Translations under genes and position numbers: made by a program
Virus genome (UHGV): UHGV-0020835
DNA length: 64,000 nt
Source of the DNA: a virus
Direction: 5' to 3' (one strand)
Notes under the pieces: model-generated
Told to the model about the DNA's origin: nothing
Databases searched by the model: none
What the model saw: only the letters and a program-made list of their open reading frames with translations
Shown here: piece by piece, positions 9,875-17,975 of the stretch
Position numbering within the stretch: position 1 is the first letter of the stretch
How the letters are laid out: every line of letters begins with the position of its first letter

Positions 9875-10240
9875 TTACTGTAAAATTTCCTTTAGTTTGG
9901 TATAAGCATCCTTCACATACTTACAACTAGCGCCTACAAACGCCGCGATAATAACTAAACTATCTAGCACATCCATTGTTTCTTCGCCAATATCAATGCC
10001 CACATAAGTCATATACTCAGGTAATAGACTAATAACAATAGATAGAAGAGCAATGCCGATACCAAGAACAACAAACTTTAAAAGGCTTTGCCCAATCAAC
10101 CGCCAATCAAAATCATAGCCCTCAATCTTAACATTGCGCCAAGCCCCTAGACAAATATTGCTGACATAAGCGCCTAGAAAAAGAACAACGCCGAAACCAA
10201 CTTTTTCAAGGTTGTCTAATACACAATAAACAATATTCAT
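9875..10240 (-). CDS. putative holin (3 TM, charged C-terminus)
   Basis: 121 aa with three hydrophobic segments and the lysine-rich tail KYVKDAYTKLKEILQ. Confidence 0.5.
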   Translation of the reverse strand: MNIVYCVLDNLEKVGFGVVLFLGAYVSNICLGAWRNVKIEGYDFDWRLIGQSLLKFVVLGIGIALLSIVISLLPEYMTYVGIDIGEETMDVLDSLVIIAAFVGASCKYVKDAYTKLKEILQ

Positions 10241-10242
10241 GT

Positions 10243-10491
10243 TTACTCCTTTGCCTGAAAAGCCCGATCAAACTCACGGCACATATCAGAATATTCCTGA
10301 GTGCCTTGAGCAGGAATTTTATTTTGCAGAGAAATATAAGACACCTCATCTGCACCAGAATAATGGGGTAGATCGGGATGGCCAGCATTACGAATATTGG
10401 CAAGGAACATACGTGCTGCAACATCCCAAGATACATTCTGCTTGTTAGCAATGGCAATAATTTCCTTCTTGTACTCAATAAGTTTAAACAT
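10243..10491 (-). CDS. hypothetical protein
   Basis: 82-aa ORF immediately upstream of the holin on the same strand. Confidence 0.4.
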   Translation of the reverse strand: MFKLIEYKKEIIAIANKQNVSWDVAARMFLANIRNAGHPDLPHYSGADEVSYISLQNKIPAQGTQEYSDMCREFDRAFQAKE

Positions 10492-10615
10492 TATTTTTCC
10501 TCCTTTAGGATATTATCATATTCTTCTTTTGTTAGCTTCTTTGCTTTGTACAAAGCATCAATCCTTTCTTTGCTCCAAAGATAAGGATAATATTTTTTGG
10601 CCATTTCATAAACCG

Positions 10616-10900
10616 TCAAGATAACTCAACCCCAGTCATTACAGATAAATAATCAACATCTGCGCGTAATTTTTCTTCTTCTGTAGGCACGGGAATGTAG
10701 GTGGATTCAGGGACTTCTTTGGCGGTTAATTCAATAACTTTTCCTTGCTTATTTAATACAATATCAACAAAAGGATAAGATTCAGGAATAACCACCCCAG
10801 AAGGGATTTCTACCCAACCTTCAGGAATATCCATATGGTCATCAAAAGACAAATTGTTGTGAGCGCCGTTTTCTAGCGCTTTTAGTTCAATAATTCTCAT
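10616..10900 (-). CDS. hypothetical protein
   Basis: 94-aa acidic ORF; ATGA overlap with the upstream gene. Confidence 0.4.
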   Translation of the reverse strand: MRIIELKALENGAHNNLSFDDHMDIPEGWVEIPSGVVIPESYPFVDIVLNKQGKVIELTAKEVPESTYIPVPTEEEKLRADVDYLSVMTGVELS

Positions 10901-11913
10901 TTTATAGCGCTCCTATCCGTACCTATTCCCCAATAATAGTAAGTTGTGTTGACCAAATTATATTTTGAACCATGGACAGGGTCTAAAGTTAATGTCACAT
11001 AATTTTGCGTTCCATTATAATAGGCTGACCATATAGTTTTAAGTGTTGTAGAACCCGAAGTATAAACCACTGGAGTAGTGCCCCACGGGATAAAAAATAC
11101 AACAGAACGGTTAGAATTAGTTTCACCACCATAAATAATTCCATAAATAATGGGCTTAAAAGGGAAATACAAATTTTTAATTACCGAGCCCGTGCCTTCG
11201 TACTTTCCAATAAAAATCTTTTTGCTCTCTAATGCGTTATCATTGGGCACCCCAAGATATACATATTCTATATCATTGACAATTTGATTTTTAGGATAGG
11301 CATTAAAATTGGACGAATAAACATATTCCCATTCACCAAGCGCTCTTTTCGCCGACACTCGATCACCAGAAAAAGTAATAAAATAATTACTTCCGGGTGA
11401 AGCATCAGAAGTATCAGACCCAGTTGCGGTGGTTACTTTGGCCACAAAGGGGTTTTCAGTAGCTGTATGAACACTTGTATCAACTTTTACAGCATTGCAC
11501 TTTACATAATAGTCAGCCGCAGCGTTTAAAGAAGTATAATTTGAAGCAGAAACATTAATCGTACCAACCACATCTTTAAGTGCCCAAGTATTTGTCGGTT
11601 CGTCATAAGTATAGCCCGATGCGTATTGGATGGTACTCACCGATCCAGACGAACTCCCCGTATACAGATAAAGTTTTGGATATGAATTTTCTGTTATTTC
11701 TAAAACATTGCTTCTTTTTTTCCAACAATATAAATAATTCTTACTCAATACTTCCAACGCATCGCCGACACTTGTCTTACTCGTCCCCGCGCCAAAGAAA
11801 TTTTCTGCGGTAGTTTGATTCATTTTAACCTGAGCATCGTTGGTAATGGGATATAAAATATCATAATCTGTACCATTAAACTGTTTCATCAAAATATTTT
11901 TATCAATTGCCAT
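10897..11913 (-). CDS. hypothetical tail/baseplate-associated protein
   Basis: 338 aa, S/T/G/Y-rich beta composition, lies in the fibre module. Confidence 0.4.
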   Translation of the reverse strand: MAIDKNILMKQFNGTDYDILYPITNDAQVKMNQTTAENFFGAGTSKTSVGDALEVLSKNYLYCWKKRSNVLEITENSYPKLYLYTGSSSGSVSTIQYASGYTYDEPTNTWALKDVVGTINVSASNYTSLNAAADYYVKCNAVKVDTSVHTATENPFVAKVTTATGSDTSDASPGSNYFITFSGDRVSAKRALGEWEYVYSSNFNAYPKNQIVNDIEYVYLGVPNDNALESKKIFIGKYEGTGSVIKNLYFPFKPIIYGIIYGGETNSNRSVVFFIPWGTTPVVYTSGSTTLKTIWSAYYNGTQNYVTLTLDPVHGSKYNLVNTTYYYWGIGTDRSAIK

Positions 11914-11931
11914 TATCTCACCCCTTTATTT

Positions 11932-12522
11932 TTAAACAATTCTCATAATATAGCACAGCGCATAGTAAGGGGGCATGTTTTCATGTGGTTGTCCTCCGCC
12001 TGTGGCTTCGGCTGTTGCAGTAATAGTGTGCGTGTGTTCTCCAGCTGTCGAAGTACCATAGCTCCCCGAATAGCTACCTAGGCCATAAGAAGTACCCGTA
12101 TTGCCGTGGCCAAAAGAATCATAGTTTATGTCATGGCTATGTGAGCCATCGGAACTCGTGCTTCCGGTAACCATGTGTGTGTGAGAAGGCATGTTTTCAA
12201 CGCTTAAACTGGCCGTGCTAGAGCCCCCGGTTTGGCCAACACTATAATTATTCCCCGCGCCCAAAACAAATTTGTCTCTTAAATCTGGTGTTCCATTCGT
12301 GCCATCACACAGATGCCAATTTGCTGGAATGTTGTTTTCTGTCCCACTCCATGCAACGATTGTTCCCTTTGGAACAGAAATCGAACCAGCTATAGCATTA
12401 TTGAGCTCTTGTTCAAAACTGGTGTAATTTGTATTGATTTGCTGAATCATCTCATTAAATCGTTCCATTGTGAACAAATCGCTACTTTGAAAATATCTTA
12501 TCTCGCTAATGATTACCACCAT
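11932..12522 (-). CDS. phage tail collar domain protein (short tail fibre)
   Basis: KGTIVAWSG..IPANWHLCDGTNGTPDLRDKFVLGAG matches the Phage_tail_collar signature. Gly/Ser/Thr/His-rich C-terminus. Confidence 0.6.
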   Translation of the reverse strand: MVVIISEIRYFQSSDLFTMERFNEMIQQINTNYTSFEQELNNAIAGSISVPKGTIVAWSGTENNIPANWHLCDGTNGTPDLRDKFVLGAGNNYSVGQTGGSSTASLSVENMPSHTHMVTGSTSSDGSHSHDINYDSFGHGNTGTSYGLGSYSGSYGTSTAGEHTHTITATAEATGGGQPHENMPPYYALCYIMRIV

Positions 12523-12603
12523 CCTCTATCTATATAATACCATGTTAATCCTAATCTATTAACCTCTCCAAACGTATAATTTAGTTTATCAATATCACCA
12601 AAA

Positions 12604-12894
12604 CTATAGGGGGGGGGAGTTTGTCCAATCAAAATACACCTGTCCTTCGTCTAAATCTGTGGGAACTTGTGGCGTGACTTCAATCTTATCCCTCAAAAAC
12701 AAAGGATCATTTAATTCCTCAACCTCTACGATTTTAGATGTTAAAGCATTAAGTGTTTGTGCTGTTAGACCCTTATATACTAATTGTTCGTTTTCGGCAA
12801 TGCTTACCGCAGTACCATAATCGCCATTTTTCCATGCTTGCTGGATTTGCGTCCATAATGATTTATCAGCTAATTGAATGTCAGAAAATTTCAT
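12604..12894 (-). CDS. hypothetical protein whose last codons are encoded by a C9 homopolymer
   Basis: Ends ...WTNSPPL. A G9 run sits on the plus strand at 12609-12617. Confidence 0.4.
   Translation of the reverse strand: MKFSDIQLADKSLWTQIQQAWKNGDYGTAVSIAENEQLVYKGLTAQTLNALTSKIVEVEELNDPLFLRDKIEVTPQVPTDLDEGQVYFDWTNSPPL
12609..12617. repeat. G9/C9 homopolymeric tract (candidate slipped-strand/phase-variation site)
   Basis: Nine consecutive G on the plus strand in an AT-rich genome, inside the 3' end of CDS 12604..12894. Confidence 0.6.
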
Positions 12895-12903
12895 TCAATC
12901 ACC

Positions 12904-13221
12904 TCAATTTGTTACTTCAAACCAAAAATCAGTAGCGTTTTGAAGAACAGGCTGTGTTTTAGATACCACATAAGCTGGGCTATATCGGCGTTCAAAGTAT
13001 TCTTCTACAGCAACTACCGTATCATTGATTGTATTAAGATAATCAGCGGTAATTATTTTGTTTTGGTTGTTTGGGATTTGAACAAGAATTTGTTGGGCAA
13101 GAGCGAGATCGCCAGCTTGAATTGCCGCTTGATATTGTGCTACAAGTGCGCCATCAGAGGCAGAGATATTTTGCATTTGTGGAAAAACTTGAGTTTGTCC
13201 CGGAAATGAAGTAGCCACCAA
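12904..13221 (-). CDS. hypothetical protein
   Basis: 105-aa ORF. Confidence 0.4.
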   Translation of the reverse strand: MVATSFPGQTQVFPQMQNISASDGALVAQYQAAIQAGDLALAQQILVQIPNNQNKIITADYLNTINDTVVAVEEYFERRYSPAYVVSKTQPVLQNATDFWFEVTN

Positions 13222-13233
13222 TTATCGCCTCCT

Positions 13234-14658
13234 TTAATAAAGTGGATAGTATGGATAAAAACTAATCATTGACACTGACATGGTTGATGTAACACTACTA
13301 TAATCAACAGAATAAGATTTAACAATATATCTATTTTGCGTTTTGCTGTCTTTAGAGGCATGAGATACAACAATATTTACATCCATCCAAGGTATAGGCA
13401 CAATCTCTAATGAAATGCTATCATTAAGCCGACATTTCCAATAAATCTCTATTTTAGCCCTCTCTAAAGCCAGTTCATCAGACATAATGTTGTCATAATC
13501 GCCCCCATATAAAACTTCCCTAATTCTTCCAACGGGGCCGTTTACGTAAAAAGGGCTATCTGGATTATCATCTTGCCATATAGCCTTAGCTTGCTGTCCT
13601 CCTAAAAACAACCAAGTCCCATTGGTTTGATACTGTGCGACATAATACACATTATTTTTAAGAGAAGTAATGTGTGCGTTGGTAGAGCTTACAAGATCTT
13701 TACTGCCGAAAGAATTGACGGCTAATTTAATATCGCCACTCACATCTTTGTCCGGTGTAAAGCCAATAATATTATAAGCATTAAGCGTAGTTAAATCAGC
13801 AATTGTCATTGAAATAACTGGGCCCGATACGCTAATTTCAGAAGGGTAATAATTAGATTCATGTGTACGGCCATATACCTCAATATAATTCTTAACAGTG
13901 GTAAAGTCTGTATTGATATTTTCGCCAACAATCACGTTTTCCCAAACATCATCATCAATTAGTACAGAATCATCTTCTCCGGTTGGAATAGGCTCATAAT
14001 GAAATACGCCGTCTACATCGAAATAAATTTGATATTGCGGTAAAATATCCCTTAGCTTTGACAAAATATCAAACACATAGCCGCCTTGGTCAATCTCTAT
14101 ATCATAGGGCACGGCTTGCACAGTACCATCCCGATTAGTGCATTCGCTAACAATATATTTGGTAAATCCACCTAGTTTAAGCGACGCTATTATGGCTTCG
14201 CGCACAGATTCACCTTGCTTAATAACTGTGGGAACGCCCTCAAGTTGGCCGTTTCTCGCGCCAGTCAGCTTAGACATCAAATCAAGGCCAGAAAAAGACA
14301 AAACATTATTAGTGGCATCATATTGCCAAGAAGGCGCATCAATTAAATAAATTCCTTGATTATACCATTGAATTTCATCCGTATAAATGTTTTTAAGGCC
14401 AATGTATACTTGAATATATTTGTCTAGCCAAATGCGTCCTCCTGGCTGAATGTCAAATGTTTTATTAACAACCACAAGACTGACATCACAACTTCGCCTT
14501 AAATCACTATCAGCATCACACCGAACGGAACAAGACACCATGTTGCCACTAATTTCGTCTACGATATTATAATTAAAATCAAGCAGATTAATTTTAATAT
14601 ATCTTTCTGTAGTCCGTTGCTTGATGATATTATAATCATTTTGTGTGATATTTAGCAT
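13234..14658 (-). CDS. putative baseplate/distal tail protein
   Basis: 474-aa protein between the tail-fibre gene and smaller baseplate-like genes. Confidence 0.4.
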   Translation of the reverse strand: MLNITQNDYNIIKQRTTERYIKINLLDFNYNIVDEISGNMVSCSVRCDADSDLRRSCDVSLVVVNKTFDIQPGGRIWLDKYIQVYIGLKNIYTDEIQWYNQGIYLIDAPSWQYDATNNVLSFSGLDLMSKLTGARNGQLEGVPTVIKQGESVREAIIASLKLGGFTKYIVSECTNRDGTVQAVPYDIEIDQGGYVFDILSKLRDILPQYQIYFDVDGVFHYEPIPTGEDDSVLIDDDVWENVIVGENINTDFTTVKNYIEVYGRTHESNYYPSEISVSGPVISMTIADLTTLNAYNIIGFTPDKDVSGDIKLAVNSFGSKDLVSSTNAHITSLKNNVYYVAQYQTNGTWLFLGGQQAKAIWQDDNPDSPFYVNGPVGRIREVLYGGDYDNIMSDELALERAKIEIYWKCRLNDSISLEIVPIPWMDVNIVVSHASKDSKTQNRYIVKSYSVDYSSVTSTMSVSMISFYPYYPLY

Positions 14659-14662
14659 ATCA

Positions 14663-15571
14663 TCACCTCTTCGTAGGGATTAGGCCATTTTCATATAGGT
14701 CGTTTTTATCATTGGGATCGCCAATTTCTGTCCATTCGGCACTAACCTTAACCATGCCTTGACCATAGTTATTAGCATAACTCAGACTAGGATTGCCAGT
14801 AAAATAGACCAGCCAATTATTACCATTCATATCTTTAATAATTTTTGGCTTTTTATTTGTTAAGAAATTAAGCAAAGATTCTTTTTCTTTCGTAATAGCA
14901 TATCTATCAACCAATCTGTCTTTTTCAAAGTTCTTAGGTAGCACCCATCCCCCAATAGAGCCAGATTTATATTGCATGACGCTATTGCTTACTACAACAG
15001 GATATTTCCTGTTATAAGGCTGAAATACGCCAATCTGTTGATTAACAGTGTTGTTATTATATTCTACGTCAGCCATAAACTTAAACACCGTGTTTATATC
15101 ACAAATAAACACGCCTTCAAATTTGGACAAAATAGATTCAATAATATAACTGCCTTCAACATCCCCCAGCATAGGCACAAAAGCATACTCGTATTCAACG
15201 CCATATGCGTTTAAATTATCGGTGATTACAAAAGATAAATCTTCTGTGGTATTGACAGGGACTTCTTTAATTGTTATCCAATCAAAGGTTCCTTTTATAC
15301 GCCGTTTTACACGAATACTGGTAATATCTTTCCACATTTGCTCAACGTTACCAGCTAACACATTGCCATTGAAATTGGCACCCATAATAGTGTCTAAATC
15401 CCATTCAGTAGGCTGAATAGAGTTATAATCAAATATTACATTTTTTGTTACATTAAAATGGTCAAAAATGCCATTTTGTAATTTAGTGTTTACAATCTTA
15501 TTGATACCTGTTGGCGTTGGGTCAGCCGAGTTGCCATCACCACAAAGGTTATATCCAATAAACCCAATCAA
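14663..15571 (-). CDS. hypothetical tail protein
   Basis: 302-aa ORF; tight spacing and overlaps with neighbours. Confidence 0.4.
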   Translation of the reverse strand: MIGFIGYNLCGDGNSADPTPTGINKIVNTKLQNGIFDHFNVTKNVIFDYNSIQPTEWDLDTIMGANFNGNVLAGNVEQMWKDITSIRVKRRIKGTFDWITIKEVPVNTTEDLSFVITDNLNAYGVEYEYAFVPMLGDVEGSYIIESILSKFEGVFICDINTVFKFMADVEYNNNTVNQQIGVFQPYNRKYPVVVSNSVMQYKSGSIGGWVLPKNFEKDRLVDRYAITKEKESLLNFLTNKKPKIIKDMNGNNWLVYFTGNPSLSYANNYGQGMVKVSAEWTEIGDPNDKNDLYENGLIPTKR

Positions 15572-16647
15572 ACCTCAACACCTCGATTCTCAATCTTTAA
15601 TTCATACACATTATTTATTCGTCTTAACCAGCAAAACAATTGTTCTGTACTATCAGGCAGAGCAATGTGTTGAGACTCTATTACATACCCCCAAAGATTC
15701 CTTTCATGAACAGCCCTCATTTCAAACCAACAACTTTCATCTTTAGCGCAATATGTAATAATAATAGTATCACCATTGACATTGCTAAACCTAAAAATTT
15801 CTTTGTTAGGCGTGTAATCTCGCCCCCAAATACGTGTAGTAAAGTCGCCATCTATTTCATACCCTTGTGTCCATTGAACATATTGTCCTTCTCCTCTTAT
15901 ATCAATTTCTTTATTATCAATATAGGTGGGCGAAGGAGGATTTGTTTCGCCATCAATAGCGATAACGTTTGAAACAATAGTAATATATCCGCCTTGGCAA
16001 TTGTTGGACAAAAACAAAGAGCTAAAAGCATCAGGGGCAATGTAGTTCGTGGTAAAGCCAATTCGCCCCGTAGTAATTTGTGTGCCGTTTGTAGTAACAC
16101 CAGTTACTTCAACACTGTAACTAGCCTTATCCTCAAATCCGCTAAATAAATAACTAATATTCAATGGTAAGGTAGTATCAGTATTATACATTGTGCCAGA
16201 CGTGCTAATTAAAGTGCCTGAAATACTATAAAGATTAAATACATAAGCATTAAGTGTTTCGCCTTGAATCTGATTATATTGCACATTAAAAGCAAAGCTA
16301 CTATTGGTCACCACATTGCCAGTCGGCATATTACTAATAACAAACGTAGGCTGACTATAACAATAGAACTGAATGGGGTTGGACGGGCTGGATTCATTGC
16401 CCTGTGCATCTTTAGTGGTCAAAGTGGCCTGATAATATGTGCCGTTGGTTAACGTATTGGCAGGTAGCGTATGCTCAAACCGATAGGTTGTCTGAGTCTG
16501 AGAGTACACAGTGGTCAAAGTTACGTTGTCTTTAATTGTTAGGGTATTTGCTACAACTTGCGGGCCACTAATTGACGCAAATGTAAACACCATAGAGTTT
16601 TGCGCATCAAAAGCTGGAATGGAATATAAAATAGGAGTTGTCAACAT
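15568..16647 (-). CDS. hypothetical tail protein
   Basis: 359 aa, S/T/N-rich. Confidence 0.4.
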   Translation of the reverse strand: MLTTPILYSIPAFDAQNSMVFTFASISGPQVVANTLTIKDNVTLTTVYSQTQTTYRFEHTLPANTLTNGTYYQATLTTKDAQGNESSPSNPIQFYCYSQPTFVISNMPTGNVVTNSSFAFNVQYNQIQGETLNAYVFNLYSISGTLISTSGTMYNTDTTLPLNISYLFSGFEDKASYSVEVTGVTTNGTQITTGRIGFTTNYIAPDAFSSLFLSNNCQGGYITIVSNVIAIDGETNPPSPTYIDNKEIDIRGEGQYVQWTQGYEIDGDFTTRIWGRDYTPNKEIFRFSNVNGDTIIITYCAKDESCWFEMRAVHERNLWGYVIESQHIALPDSTEQLFCWLRRINNVYELKIENRGVEV

Positions 16648-17414
16648 AAACGCAAAGCCTCCTCTATGATTTTTTCTATATGTTGTTTTTCATAATACCA
16701 AATTTCTAAGAGATCTATGTTATGATTTTTAGCCCATTCTTTTTTTATCTCATCTCGTATTTTTTGGCTTTCCCATTGCTCTTTAGTTTGCACACCATTT
16801 GGGTTCTTTTTATAAGGAATACCATCGTGGAATTCCCCCTGATATTCTATTAAAAGATTATGTTTTAATAAATAAAAATCAAAAAACATAAAATTATCTT
16901 TATCACTTTTCAAATCTTCAAATGTTTTTTGACGAATAAAAGGAATGTTATGTTTACTTAAAATTTCAGCTATTTTTTGTTCCCCAAGTGAATTATTAAC
17001 GCAATTGCATTTGGGTAAATTAGGATTATGAATTGACCGATGAGTAAAATTACTCCAATCACTAACAATAGTCTTGCCATCAATGAACTTAACTGTTATA
17101 CCGTGAGAATGAGCGTTACGATATTCGATAATTTCACATTCCATGCCACAATTCATAACTGCTTTTAAACCTTCTCGTCTGGTTTTACAGTTTAAACTAC
17201 GTGCTTTACTACAATTGTTTAACTTAGGCACAGTTGGACACTGTATTTCCCCATGGAGAAACTCATAATAACTCTTATGGCAATTAACACTACCGTCTGG
17301 AAATTGTACAGTAATATCATGTGTATTGAAATACTCAATTATAGTGCCCTCTACGCCACAATTCATACGTTTAACAGCACCTAAACGTTCATTACGTTTA
17401 GATTGTTTAGCCAT
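16641..17414 (-). CDS. free-standing homing-endonuclease-like nuclease: two ~45-aa N-terminal repeats plus C-terminal PD-(D/E)xK (Vsr/DUF559-like) domain
   Basis: Tandem repeats CGVEGTIIEYFNTHDITVQFPDGS / CGMECEIIEYRNAHSHGITVKFIDGK. C-terminus FDFYLLKHNLLIEYQGEFH resembles the DUF559/Vsr-like nuclease core. Family assignment by eye. Confidence 0.45.
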   Translation of the reverse strand: MAKQSKRNERLGAVKRMNCGVEGTIIEYFNTHDITVQFPDGSVNCHKSYYEFLHGEIQCPTVPKLNNCSKARSLNCKTRREGLKAVMNCGMECEIIEYRNAHSHGITVKFIDGKTIVSDWSNFTHRSIHNPNLPKCNCVNNSLGEQKIAEILSKHNIPFIRQKTFEDLKSDKDNFMFFDFYLLKHNLLIEYQGEFHDGIPYKKNPNGVQTKEQWESQKIRDEIKKEWAKNHNIDLLEIWYYEKQHIEKIIEEALRLC

Positions 17415-17512
17415 TTATTCACTCCTTTCTACCAACACCGTCGCGATAACGATGATTTCCTTCCTTTCTTTTGTGTGGGTGGTTTATTCTATGCGGCTTG
17501 TCCGCTGTGGGG

Positions 17513-17653
17513 TTACTGAGCGTCCAGCAGGGCGGTCAGCTCTGTGTACTGGGCCTCGGTGAGCTTACCGGCGGCGTAGAACACGTCCAGTTTCTCAGCA
17601 AGGCCCTCTGTCTGGCCCCGCTCGATCATGCGCTTGAGTACCCGATAGAGCAT
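17513..17653 (-). CDS. XkdX-like small protein (46 aa; not in ORF track)
   Basis: MLYRVLKRMIERGQTEGLAEKLDVFYAAGKLTEAQYTELTALLDAQ. RBS ggaggtg. The FY..GK(L/I)TEAQY.E(L/I)T pattern is typical of the PBSX XkdX family. High GC. Confidence 0.55.
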   Translation of the reverse strand: MLYRVLKRMIERGQTEGLAEKLDVFYAAGKLTEAQYTELTALLDAQ

Positions 17654-17654
17654 T

Positions 17655-17963
17655 TCAGTTCACCTCCCCGTTCACACCCAGCTCCAGGAGCGTCAGGCGG
17701 TATTCGTGGTCTACCAGCAGGGCATTGGTGTCTTCCTCTTCTGTGGGGACAGCGGGAGAGACGGGCCGCTCAATGGGGGCAACGCCCGTCAGCCTGTCCC
17801 CCTCAAAGGCGAGGTCACAGTACCCGCAGCACGCCCACACGGCGGATTCAAGATGTGCGGGAACCTCTGCCCATTCCTCGCCCATCCAGTTCTCTGTGCG
17901 ATGGCTCTGGCTTTGCAGCCCGTGCCCTCCGTCAGGCCGTGCCGTTTTTTCGATGATGGTCAA
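17655..17963 (-). CDS. XkdW-like tail-fibre-associated protein (hypothetical)
   Basis: 102 aa, TTG start with RBS aggaggg. High-GC codon usage. Sits between the fibre gene and the XkdX-like gene, as in PBSX xkdV-W-X. Confidence 0.4.
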   Translation of the reverse strand: MTIIEKTARPDGGHGLQSQSHRTENWMGEEWAEVPAHLESAVWACCGYCDLAFEGDRLTGVAPIERPVSPAVPTEEEDTNALLVDHEYRLTLLELGVNGEVN

Positions 17964-17975
17964 TTTCTGTCCCTC

